A DNA stretch of 64,000 nucleotides, taken from Octopus vulgaris (taxonomy: Eukaryota). The notes under the pieces were generated by a model that saw nothing but the letters and a program-made list of their open reading frames with translations, searched no databases and was not told the origin of the DNA. The stretch lies in the NCBI GenBank assembly GCA_951406725.2, contig OX597822.1, forward strand, positions 69,812,001 to 69,876,000, in the 5' to 3' direction. The position numbers and the translations under genes were made by a program. Below are positions 11,760 to 23,804 of the stretch, one piece after another. Numbering within the stretch: position 1 is the first letter of the stretch; each line of letters starts with the position of its first letter.

Positions 11760-11921
11760 CCATATTTTAACATGTATAAGGAACCCTTTTTTGTCAAAAA
11801 TTAGGTTAAAAAAATATGGGGGTTTCTTATACATGAATAGTATTATAATATCTTGCAAAACCTTTTCTCCAAATTTTAAGCCCCCAAAATTAGGGGGTTC
11901 CTTTTACACGTTAAAATACAG
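11760..11921. mobile_element. TA-flanked MITE
   Basis: TA|ccatattttaacatgtataaggaaccc ... gggttccttttacacgttaaaatacag|TA. Confidence 0.75.
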
Positions 11922-11940
11922 TAATATTGCTAGTTGATTC

Positions 11941-12029
11941 TTAGGTATCTTTAACAACATTCACTCCTTTGCAAACTTCAGACTCAATTTCTTCCCTGCC
12001 CATGGTTTTGTTTCTGATGCTCAGGTTAG
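11941..12029 (-). CDS. Candidate terminal exon of the TM-SEA-mucin gene (unconfirmed)
   Basis: Strong acceptor tttttctccctttag. Phase-1 entry is compatible with the donor at 23804, and the frame is open to TAA (NLSIRNKTMGREEIESEVCKGVNVVKDT*). There is no homology support. Confidence 0.25.
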
Positions 12030-12854
12030 CTAAAGGGAGAAAAACCTATTTGTTTTTGGCTACTGTTCCTTTCGCTTTTTCTTCCTTTTTTTTCTTCTTT
12101 TTTGCTGCGTTGTCCAATAATTTGTTTTAAAATAAAGGGACACAACTCTATAAATACTGAAGATTTTAGAAGTAAAACAAAAATTTCGGAGATGTACTTG
12201 CATAGCAAATGACCTGATCTGAGATCATGTGCTGGAACGAAAACAATTGCAGCACAAAAACTGTTAGATTCACTTCAACATTTAAATTTAATTTGTCAAA
12301 ATATTTTCATCGCTTTGAGACCATATCCTGTACATTTTTGCTATCTTCAACTTAAGCCTGTGCCAGGAAACCAAATGTAATCTATAGGGATAGTTGTACT
12401 TGAAATTTTTTCAGAAATGATGAATTGGAAGTTATACGTCCTGGGGTTAGTCCCACTGTGTTTCACCTTGGGCAAGTGTCTTCTAATATAGCCCCAGCAT
12501 GACCAAAACTTTGTTACTGGATTTGGTAGACGGAAACTGAAAGAAGCCCATCGTGTGTTTATATATATATGTGTGTGTGTTTGTCTCCCACTACCGCTTG
12601 ACAATTAGTGTTGGTGTATTTATGTCCACGTAGCTTAGCGGTTCAGCAAAAGAGATAGATAAAATAAGTATCAGGCTTAAGAAAAAATGATGTACAAGAG
12701 TTGGTTCATTTGACTAAAAATTCTTTTAGACATTGCCCCAGCATGGCCACAGTCTAATAACTGAAACAAGTAAAAGATAAGAGATACATTTTAATTGCAG
12801 TGTTGCTCACTTCCTTAATACTTTTAACATATCTTTGTTGAAATACAATGGTTT

Positions 12855-13230
12855 TACTCTTTTACTTGTTTCAGTTATTTGACTGTAGCCATGCTGGAGC
12901 ACTGCCTTTAGTCGAGTAAATCGACCCCAGGACTTATTCTTTGTAAGCCTAGTACTTATTCTATCAGTCTCTTTTGCTGAACCACTAAGTTACGGGGATG
13001 TAAACACACCAGCATCGGCTATCAAGCAATGTTGGGGGGGACAAACATACACACATATATGCATATGTGGGTGCGATGGGCTTCTTTCAGTTTCCATCTA
13101 CCAAATCCACTCACAAGGCTTTGATCGGCCCAAGGCTATAATAGAAGACACTTGCCCAAGGTGCCATGCAGTGGGAATGAACCCGGAACCATGTGGTTGG
13201 TAAGCAAACTACTTACCACACAACCACTCC
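12855..13230 (-). mobile_element. Full-length SINE family A
   Basis: Reverse complement of 3418-3815. Confidence 0.85.
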
Positions 13231-13881
13231 TTTGTTTCAGTTTTGAAAATATTGAAGAATTTAGTATAACTTTGTCATTATTAAACTTGTGTTTAGAATG
13301 TAAATTAATATGAAAATTGATTGCAGGTTTTAATTTAGATCACTCTAAAACAGGAAGTTGGTATCCTCAAATCAAATATAATCTGGTGTGGTTTTGTATG
13401 AAAAGAGTTAAATATGTTAATCCTAAATTGCCTGTTGTAATTTTGTGGATTGCTACAGGTAAGAGGGCTCTGAAAGGGGTCTCAGGGAGTAGCATCTGTG
13501 CCTTCCTGAGCTAGTTTTCCACCACATTTCTTAAAAATTGTGGTAGAGGCCATTCATGTCTCAGGACCACTCATGTCTAGAACTTGAGGTTGGGGGTAAG
13601 CAAGGGCATGTTCCCCATAGAAAATCCAGCTTCAAAAATGCCTCATGACAACAAAGGAGACTGGCACCATCTATAGGGATGGTTGTGCTTGAAATTTTTT
13701 CGGAAATGATGAATTGGAAGTCATATGTCCTGGGGTTAGTCCCACTGTGTGGCACCTTGGGGTGGGCTGCACCTGCCTACCTCGGTTGCTATGGCATTGA
13801 GGTAGATCCAGCCACCCCCGTTAACAGGAACAAAACCTGGATTTAAAATACTGAATGATGATGATGTAACGGTATTGAAAA

Positions 13882-14113
13882 GGCAGCGAGCTGGCAGAAT
13901 CGTTAGCATGTTGGGCAAAATGCTTAGCTGTATTTTGTCTGCCGTTACGTTCTGAGTTCAAATTCCGCCGAGGTCGACTTTGCCTTTCATCCTTTCGGGG
14001 TCGATTAAATAAGTACCAGTTACGCACTGGGGTCGATAATATCGACTTAATCCGTTTGTCTGTCCTTGTTTGTCCTCTCTGTGTTTAGCCCCTTGTGGGT
14101 AGTAAAGAAATAG
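13882..14113 (+). mobile_element. SINE family B, young copy
   Basis: GGCAGCGAGCTGGCAGAATCGTTAGC...GAGTTCAAATTCCGCCGAGGTCGACTTTGCCTTTCATCCTTTCGGGGTCGA...AGTAAAGAAATAGG. Very similar copies lie at 14636-14862, 30160-30380, 44268-44500 and 58615-58795. Confidence 0.85.
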
Positions 14114-15054
14114 GTATTGTTAAGGTGGAGTCAGTGGTCAATATCTCTAAGTACAGCTTTTGCTGTCAGACAGCTTGATAAAGTTGACTTGCTAAGGAAA
14201 AAACACTGTGAGGTTAAGGGAAATTAACTGATTTGATTTTGAATCCTACTGTAGCTTTCTGCAAAAGAAATTCGTTCCATGCCTTCACTACATTATTTTT
14301 TTTTAAGTATACAATTTACATATAATTGTACAATTGTATACAGGCGTGGCTGTGTGGTTAAGAAGCTTATTTCCCAACCATGTGGTTTTTGGTTCAGTCC
14401 TACTACATGACACCTAGACAAGTGTCTTTTACTATAGCTCCCGAATGGCAATAATAGTGTTATTAACTGATGTTCATTTTCCCAAAAGTCAACGTTTTCG
14501 AATTTGACAATGATAAAGCTTTTGCCCATGTTTGGTACAAGAATCTCCTAACCAAGTTGTTTCTTTTGGTCTTTGACTATTTCTTATTCCTTGCATTGGA
14601 AGCATCTTGTCTGGTTGCAATCTTGTAATATACAAAGTGGCGAGCTGGTAGAATCGTTAGCACGCTGGACAAAATGCTTAGTACTATTTCATCTACCATT
14701 ACATTCTGAGTTCAAATTCCACCTAGGTCGACTTTGCCTTTCATCCTTTCGGGGTTGATTAAATAAGTACCAGTTATTCACTGGGTTAGATCTAATCGAC
14801 TTAATCCCTTTGTCTGTCCTTGTTTGTCCCCTCTATGTTTAGCCTCTTGCGGGCAATAAAGAATGAATATGTGTTGATGGAACTATTTCTTTCAGATCTG
14901 TAATCCTTCAACTCTTGTGCCCCAAGATTTAATAATGTTAAACACTCTTTACATTAATGAGCTATTTGCAATACTTATTAAGCAGACTGCTTTACTCTGT
15001 CTTAACCTTCTGCATATAGGCACAGGAGTGGCTGTGTGGTCTTTTAAGTGGGAT

Positions 15055-15190
15055 TTGATCTTTGCCTTGATTTTGGGGTCATAGCCATAGACCCATGATT
15101 CATCACCAGTTATGACTATTTCCAAATAAATTTTGTCTTCTTTGACACAGTCAAGGAGATCCTATGAGGCTGAAACCCTATCTTTTCTTT
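15055..15190 (-). mobile_element. mariner transposase fragment
   Basis: Minus strand encodes IVITGDESWVYGYDPKIK, the first catalytic-D motif. Confidence 0.75.
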
Positions 15191-15619
15191 GAGACAACCA
15201 CACTCTGCATACTCTAATTCCAGGCACTGCTATAAACAACGAAAGTGAGCAAAAACCTTATGTGTAAGAACTTTTAGCCAGATGAATCGACCCCAATACT
15301 TTTTTTTTTTCTAAAGCTTGATACTTATTTTATCTGTCTCTTTTGCTGAACTGCCAAGTTACAAGGACATAAACGCACCAACACTAACTAGTTATCAAGT
15401 GGCAAGGGACAAACACTCATATATTAAGTGTGCTTGCATGACAGAGTTCAAGATCAATCTTTGTGCCTAGCGGCTTTACTCTATGTATCCTGCTGCACAC
15501 ACACATCTCTTAAACCATAAGTGACTGAACTAATTGACACTAATTCACTTACCAACATGCTACAATCTTCAGCTTACAGATTTATTATTTTGCACTTCCT
15601 ACCTTTTTCCCTTCTACGC

Positions 15620-16010
15620 TTTTACTTGTTTCAGTCATTTTACTGTGGCCATGCTGGAGCACCGCCTTTAGTCGAGCAAATCGATCCCAGGACTTATTCT
15701 TTGTAAGCCTAGTACTTATTCCATTGTGGTCTTTTGCCGAACCACTAAGTTATAGGGACGTAAACACCAGCATCGGTTGTCAAACAATGTTGGGCGGACA
15801 GACACACAAACATATACACACACGTACATACACACACACATATATATATATATATACACGCATATACGACGGGCTTCTTTCAGTTTCTGTCTACCAGATC
15901 CACTCACAAGGCTTTGGTCGGCCTGAGGCTATAGTAGAAGACACTTGCCCAAGGTGTCATGCAGTGGGACTGAACCCGGAGCTACTTACCACACAGCCTC
16001 TCCTATGCCT
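15620..16010 (-). mobile_element. SINE family A
   Basis: Same sequence as 12855-13230. Further copies lie at 19370-19725, 36195-36515, 56580-56975 and 62575-62970. Confidence 0.85.
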
Positions 16011-16983
16011 ATGCTGCAATGGTTTCTGCTTTTAATTAGCTATCTACATGCCCTTTCTACTCAGCCCCATCTGTATCTCATCTCTCAGACCTCAAATGAA
16101 ACACTTTCACAATTCTTGTTTCACAACTGGAAATGCATCCAGATCAAGACTTTTCTTGTAGAAATTGAGCTACAAATATTCAAAGTGAATATTTATTGCA
16201 TGAAACTCACAACTCCATGAATGTAGGCACGAAAAAAGCACCATTCAAGCGTAGTTGATGCCAGTACTGCCTGACTGGCCCCTGTGCTGGTGGTATGTAA
16301 AAAGCACCCACTATACTCTTAGAGTGGTTGGTATTAGGAAGGAAATACAGCTGTAGAACTTTTGCCAGATCAGATTGGAGCTTGGTGTAGCTTCCTGGCT
16401 TGCCAGTCCTCAGTCAAACCGTCCAACCAATGCCAGCATGGAAAGTAGATGTTAAAAGATGATGATGATGATGAAAAAAAAGGCAACCAAATTTCCAAGT
16501 TTCACTCCATCATTTTAAAGCTCAATGCACAAGTAATATTGATCTAGATGGGTGCAGATGTGGTTGTGTGGTTAAGAAGCTTGCTTTCCAACTACATGGT
16601 TTTAGGTTCAGTCCCACAGTGTAGCACTTGTGAGTGGATATGGTAGATGGAAACTAAAAGAAGCCCATCATATGTGAGTGTGTGCGTGCATGCCTTGACG
16701 TTGTGTGATCGTCATAGACATGTGTCACTATCATACAACCATTATCCTTCATTTTCAAACTTTCATGCAAACATGTCCAGCTATCGAGAAATATTACGTT
16801 TTGTTTACGTTGTGGTTTTGAATATTTCATCACCAAAAAATGATTTGATGACGTCGGGGCGTGCACAAGGATGTAGGAATAATATTACCCAAATTATTAT
16901 TTGGATATGGTTATCTAGAATAACCTTTCACAGAATTAATATGTTCACACAGAATGTACTCCGTACTATTCCAAACATAGAAT

Positions 16984-17419
16984 TTTAATAATGGAAGGCA
17001 AGGTTTACGATATCGGAGGAATATCGTCTCATTCCATCATCCTTTTGTTCTTCAAGTGGTTCAGGCTTTCAGCAGGCAAAGAGAAAAGACTTCAAGTACA
17101 ACTGCTATTTACAACTGGTTTATTTACAGGAAAGGTGAAGTGTGCTGCTCTCAGCTACCATCTTAAGCTCCAATAGTGTGGGCGTATTGCCTCTGGAGAT
17201 AGACAGGCAGAAAACCTCAGCCAGTGTTACTGTGTAGTGGCGCCGAAGAAGAGAAATTTGAAGAGGGTTTTCCCTTTATATAGTTTTTTCCACAATGAGC
17301 CTTATTGTGATCTCATGCATGGCAAATGGATGCAGGTGAGGTCTCGCTCCAGTCTCAGAGATTACAATGGCTGCTGCAAGATCTCATCCAATATGGCACT
17401 GGCTGCTTGTGCTGCTACA
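16984..17419 (-). mobile_element. Probable solo LTR, copy 1
   Basis: About 440 bp, with a second copy at 40341-40794. The minus strand starts TGTAGC and contains TATAAA and AATAAA. It has a 4-bp TSD GAAT (16980-16983, 17420-17423). Confidence 0.65.
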
Positions 17420-18039
17420 GAATGATATTAAACTCAGTAATCCAATACGAACAACCAACACTGTCAACTAACAACAGTTACACACAGTTTCTTTATTTTA
17501 TCGAAATGTGTCAGTTCACTTTTGGTCACATGGGGGTGGTCAGGATCTTTCCACAACACCTTTATTGGAAACAGGAGGATTGGCCACATGCACGGCATCT
17601 GGCTGTTAGTTGTGATTTCCAAGTTTTGACATATATAACCAATATGTTAAGTGTTCCAGATATTTGTAACCATAATAAAAAAAGATAACATATTTAAAAT
17701 TTTTTTCTCCTTGTTTATAGTTGAAATATTTATTACTAGAAACATTTTTGATTTAACATACTTTTTTTAATTCCTTTATTTTATTTTTAGGAACTTGAAT
17801 AATAAACATTGAAATTTTTTTTTTTTTTTCAATATAAAATAGATTTTTATTTAGCAACATTCTTTCGCAGGAAGAAAAAGAAAAGTCACTATATTAGAAG
17901 TATAACAAATCAAATCAAGAAAAAAAAAACCCAAACTAGGAAACAAAGTTCTGGTTTTTCCTCACCGAGGAAACCAAGAAAAAGAAAGAATGCGGGGTTA
18001 AACAGTAGAATACAATGGTGGGAGAAACAGCTGTATATC

Positions 18040-18165
18040 CCAGACTGATTTCCTCCATCGAATCAGGATAACTGTGGCCCGTTTGAGAAATGAGCCTCAT
18101 GAGGTTGGGTGGCTTTTGCAGCGAGTATCACTTGGCCATTCTCATCGGCAACGCCTTTGCAAACA
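18040..18165 (+). mobile_element. C-terminal fragment of an RLE-endonuclease non-LTR element (CRE-like)
   Basis: Translates, with one frameshift, to NEPHEVGWLLQRVSL/AILIGNAFA. This resembles the 'QRLSLAVxRGNA' C-terminal motif of CRE-type elements. Confidence 0.55.
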
Positions 18166-18297
18166 TGGAAATTATTTTTAGATAGCAAGTTGTAAACCAT
18201 GTGGTCAATTAATGTAAGGGAGATAATCATTTCTAGATAATCCTTAGATGGACTAGAAGTTTGAATTTGAAATCAATAAACAAGGAAGATTCATAGA

Positions 18298-18900
18298 ATC
18301 ATCATCATCATCGTCATTATCGTTTAATGTTCGTTTTCCATGCTGGCATGGGTTGGACGGTTTGTCTGAAGACTAGCAAGCCAGGAGGCTGCACCAGGCT
18401 CCAATCTGATCTGGCAATGTTTCTACAACTAGATGCACTTCCTAACACCAACTGCTCCGAGAGTGTAGTGGGTGCTTTTTACATGTCACCAGCACGGGAG
18501 CCAGTTGGGGGCACTGGCATCGACCACATTCAGATGGTGCTTTTTATGTGCCACCAGTCAGGGGGCACTGGCATCAAAGACGTTCGAATGGTGCTTTTTA
18601 TGTGCCACCAGCATGGGAACAAGTCAGGGGCCACTGTGGCATCAACCACGTTCAGATGGTGCTTTTCATGATCCACTGCCACAAAAGCCAGTCAGTGGAT
18701 TCTGGCATCAGCCATGTTTGGATGGTGCTTTTGATGTGCCACTGACATGGGAGCCAGTCAGGGGCAACTGGCATCAACCATGTTCAGATGGTGCTTTTTA
18801 TGTGCCACTGGCACGGGAGCCAGTCAGGAGGCACTGGCACTGACCACATTCGGATATTGCTTTTTACTTGCCACTGGCACAGGAGCCAGTCAGGGGGCAA
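18298..18900 (-). mobile_element. RTE 3'UTR copy with an expanded ~50-bp tandem array
   Basis: About eight repeats of atggtgctttttatgtgccac...ggagccagtcagggggcactggcatc following the (CAT)n tail. Confidence 0.8.
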
Positions 18901-21728
18901 AATTTTATACTTATTTATTTTTTCATACTCATTACAAAAATCTGAAAATTTCTAGTCTTAAGTCATCATGTTTTAGATGGGCTTTGAATCTTTCCCCCAA
19001 CTATTGTGAAATCTAATCTGACTAATTGATTGATTTACAATATCAGTAGACTGTAAATCTATCCCAGTCTAATTGTTGTTGTTATAACAAGTTTAATCAG
19101 AAGCAAACTCATTGCATTATGATTGATTAACTCTGATCTATTTCTGATATTTTACAAGACTCGAGTAAAACCCGATATGTGTGTGGAACAGTGCTGCTGT
19201 ACAAACATATTTAAACTGCATTCAAGATTTAATCTATTTTCTGTTAATACTAACCCGAGTCTGTTTTGTTCTTTAATTTGAGTTTACATTTTTACAGTAA
19301 AAAGAAAATTTCACCCTTTAGCATTCAGATTATTTTGTCTAATGTAATACTTATTTACTCTTTTATTTTTTTACTTGTTTCAGTCATTTGACTGTAGCCA
19401 TGCTGGAGCACCACCTTTAGTCGAGCAAGTCGATCCTAGGACTTATTCTTTGTAAGCCTAGTACTTATTCTATCGGTCTCTTTTGCCAAACCACTAAGTT
19501 ACGGGAATGTAAACAAACCACCATCGGTTGTCAAGCAATGTTGGGGGGACAAACACAAACACATAAATACACACATACAGTTTCCGTCTACCTAATCCAC
19601 TCACAAAACTTTGGTCGGCCCGAGGCTATAGTAGAAGTCACTTGCCCAAGGTGCCACGCAGTGGGAATGAACCCGGAACCATGTGGTTGGTAAGCAAACT
19701 ACTTACCACACAGCCACTGCTGCACCTATTTATTCACATTGTTTTGAATTATTCATGAAATATCTTGTAGCTTCAAGATTTTGATGATGTAGTAGTTTAT
19801 TTTTAGAATAACATTGCAAAGTAGATGCGAGGGGCCAAGTCTGGCCAGTTTGAACATAAAACCGGTAGAATATTTTGGCCGGATATGGCTGGTTTAAATA
19901 CTGAAGGGTTAAACATTATTATGAATTTAAATATCAATAAGAATAAATGTTATTTCACTTACTCCCCCCTCCCCCAAATTTGTAATCAGTATTGCCACAT
20001 AAAATGCACTTGTACCTGTGCTGCCTCAGCATACCTGTGCCATTGGTATGTAAAAAGCACCCAGCACACTCTGTAAAGTGGTTGGCATTTGGAAGGACAC
20101 CAAGTGGTAGAAACTATGCCACAACAAACAATTGGAGTCTGGACTGCTCCTCAGCTGGCCAGCCCCTGTCAAACCACCCAACCCATGCCAGCATGGAAAA
20201 CAGATGTTCAGTGATGATGATGATGACAGCTTGTTCATTAACAGTTATTAGTGGCACTTTTATGTGTCTCTAGATTTGTTTCTACCATCATCATCATCAT
20301 CATATGTCTTGCTTCCATTCTGATATAGATTGGATGGTTTGACAGGATCTGATGGATCCTAGGATTGCATTATGTTTCAGTGTCTGCTTTGGCAGGGTTT
20401 CTATGGCTGGATGTTCTTCCTAATGCCAACCACATTACAGCATATATTGAGTGTTTTTTTTTTTTCATGCCAATTCGGCCTAATAGGGCCATCATGTAGT
20501 TTGCAAGACTACAAACCCTTGGGAGATAATTTTATGCTAAGACATGAGAGGCAAAAGACGGGTAAAGTATGAGAGAATGGGCCAGAGGTGCAACATGACT
20601 GCTCCCAGTTTAGAAGAGAGGGTGGACGTGATTGTGTGAATACATATTCTTGATAATAATGTCTGAATGATTAAGTGACCTGTTTAGTACAAGATCTGGA
20701 AGGTAAAAATATGGAAATGATATTGCAAGTGAGAAGTGTCAATTACTTCATCATCATCATCATCGTTTAACATCTGCTTTCCATGCCAGTATGGGTTGGC
20801 TGATTTGACTGAGGACTGGCGAACCAGATGGCTGCACCAGGCTTCAATCTGATTTGGTGGTTTCTACAGCTGGATGCCCTTCCTAACACCAACCACTCCG
20901 AGAGTGTAGTGGGTGCTTTTACGTGTCGCCAGCACGAGGGCCAGTCAGGCAGTACAGGCAATGGCCATGCTCAAATGGTGTTTTTTACATGCCACCTGCA
21001 CAGGAGCCAGTCCAGTGGCACTGGCAACAAATTGTGCTCACAAATGCATGGAATTACTCAACATGTCAACACATCATTGTAGACTTTGGCAAACAAAGAA
21101 TAAACAGTCTTAAAATGAAAACAAAGTTGTAAAAATTGTTCTAACAACAGACATAAGCATGGATGTTACAGCTGCAACAATAGTGATGTGTTTCACTGTT
21201 TAGCATTTAGATTACTTTGTTAAATGTACTGCTTAATTATTCACATTGTTTTGAATTAATCATGCAATATCTCATGGCTTTGAGATTTCGATGATGTGAT
21301 TGTTTATTTTAAGAATGACTCTGTTGGGTAGGTGTGAGAGGCTGGATCTGGCTGGTCGGAATATAATATGCATGATATTTAGGCCAAAATAGCTTTGAGA
21401 TTTAGATGATGAGATTGTTTATTTTTAGAGTGATATTGTAGGATAGGTATGAGAGGTCAGATCTAGCTAATTTGTTCATAAAACAGTCAGAATATTGGGC
21501 CAGTTATGGCTGGTCTAAATGCTAGAGGGTTAAGTTTACTTTACAACCATATAGTTGGCACCTCCAGTGCCAAGGCTGGCCAATGCCTTGTGAGTAGGTT
21601 TGGTAGACAGAAACTGTATGGAAGCCCATTGTGTGTGCTTGTCCCTACACTGCTAGACACTTGATGATAGTTTGCTTATGTCTCTGTGATTTAGCAGTTC
21701 AGCAAAACTGCTTAATGAAATATGTGTC

Positions 21729-21872
21729 ATTATTATTATTCAGGTCACTATCTGGAATCGAACTCGGAATCTTGGGGCTAGTAGCCCGCGCTCTTAACCA
21801 CTACGCCATATGCCTGTAGTGGTTAAGAGCGCGGGCTACTAACCCCAAGATTCCAAGTTCAATTCCAGGCAG

Positions 21873-21908
<36 letters not shown>

Positions 21909-21910
21909 TT
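21729..21910. repeat. Palindrome of two head-to-head tRNA-like units with (AAT)n tails
   Basis: Left arm 21729-21804, 11-nt spacer, right arm from 21816. The unit reads GGCATATGGCGTAGTGGTTAAGAGCGCGGGCTACTAACCCCAAGATTCCGAGTTCGATTCC, with A and B boxes. Confidence 0.85.
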
Positions 21911-23272
21911 GAAAAATATGTATCATACTAAAAAAAAAAAATACTGGGCTCAATTTGTTTGACTAAATACTTCAAGGCTGAGGCCCAAGGAATAAAAGAA
22001 TACTAGACTTTTGGTTTCTTTCTCCATGTGTGTGTGTGTTTATAATACAATCAGAGGAGTGCAGGTATGGCTGGTAGTTAAGAAGCTTGCTTCTGAACCA
22101 TGTAGTATTGGATTCAGTCTGAGTACATACCTTAGGCAAGTGTCTTCTAATATAGCCCTGGGCCAAGCAAAGCCCTGTGGGTGTATTTTGCACATGGAAA
22201 CTTAAAGAAATCTGTCATATATCATCATCATCATTTAGCATCCTCTTTCCATGCTGGCATAGATTGGACAGTTTGACATGGAGCTGACTAGCAAGGAGGT
22301 GTCCAAACTCCAATTGTCTATTGTGGCATGGTTTCTATGGCTGGATACCCTTCGTAATGCCAACCACCTAACAGTGTGTTCTGGGTGCTTTTTATGTGCC
22401 ACTGGCATGGGTGTTTGTTTGTGTATATGTGTGTTTGTATACTCATGTCTTGACACCATGTTGTAAACAATCATCATCATCGTACAAGCAAAGTTTCTGT
22501 GAATAACATGTCTGGCTCCGAGAAGATATTACCTTGCATGAGAACAGATGAGGGTTGGCAAGAGGAAGGGCATCCAGCCATAGAAAGTCTCTCTCATCAA
22601 ATTCTGTCTGACCCATGCGAGCAAGGAAAAGTGGACATTAAATAATGATGATGATGACAACGATAAGGAGGAGGCGGATTCATTTGTTTGGCAGGTTCTC
22701 TCAATCAGTAATATAGATATGATTGATTTCAGCTTGAACATTTGTAGCAAGTGGAAATACAGGTAGGAGATTCCACTTGAGAAATGCCTTGAATTTATTT
22801 TTTTTTTTAAATCCTTATAGTACTGTAGCTGTTTTGTTTTCTTGAGCAATTTCCCTAACTCTACCTACCCTAAATTTTAGGATTGATGAATAAAGTAAAT
22901 ATTTGCATATATTTTTGTAAATTTTTTATTCACCATATCTGTTGTGAACAGCGCTGGATTAACCATTAAACAAAATAAGCATGTGCTTGGGGCATCAAGA
23001 GAAGGAGGGGGGGTACCACAGAAATGGTAAATGGTTGACAGCACAAAAGAAATCACTTTAAACTTGTTAAAATAATATTTGAATTGGTTTACATGATCAG
23101 AAATATAATTTTGAAGTGTCCATGGTGCCACAGTAAGGATCTGATCAAAGACTTTGCCAGTAAATAAAAGTAGGAGAAAACTTTTCAAATATAAATAAAG
23201 TGGAATGTACAAAAATAAACATTATTTTCCATCTTACTGTTAGCTTTGTTTCATTTTGAAAAATAAAAATTT

Positions 23273-23670
23273 ATTACCTCCGCCAAGGAAGGAGGTTATG
23301 TTTTCAGCGGTGTTGGTTTGTCCGTCTGTGTGCAAAATAACTCAAACAGTTGTGAACGGTATTTGATGAAACTTGCAGGAAACGTTGGTAATGACACAAG
23401 GAATAGATGTTGAAATTTTGGTAGTGATCCGGGAATTTTTATGGATTCTTGAAGGATTTTTCATTTGTTATGTTTACTTTACATGAAGTATTACAATGTT
23501 ACGTTCTTTGATTATCTCCCTTGAAAACACGTTCATCATTCCCACATAACCTATGGTGGCGTTGCTGTTCCCAAAGTTTATTTTCATTTCTCTATTAGTA
23601 ATTTTACTCGTGTATCTATCTTAAAATGAGCTGCTTGGCGGAGGTCTGCGCTCTCCAAGTACTTTTCTAG
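23273..23670 (+). mobile_element. Helentron/DINE-like non-autonomous element
   Basis: Subterminal inverted repeats acctccgccaag (5') and cttggcggaggt (3'), a 5' hairpin with ggaggt, GTCT/GTTT microrepeats and a 3' ...CTAG. Confidence 0.7.
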
Positions 23671-23804
23671 ATTTATGGCTTATTGTTTATATTGTGAATT
23701 ACATAATGGGGGCACCAAAATCTTTTAGATGCTTAGAGCCTCTTTGGATCTTAATCTGTCCCTGGTTGTGAACTTAACAATTTGACAATATTTCTATGAA
23801 TTAC

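Noticed and set aside
21745-21875. Genuine tRNA genes
   Set aside because: There is no acceptor stem or poly-T terminator, and the units end in (AAT)n, so this is a tRNA-derived repeat.
22877-23212. ORF as the next exon of the SEA gene
   Set aside because: There is no clear phase-1 acceptor/donor pair and no recognisable domain.
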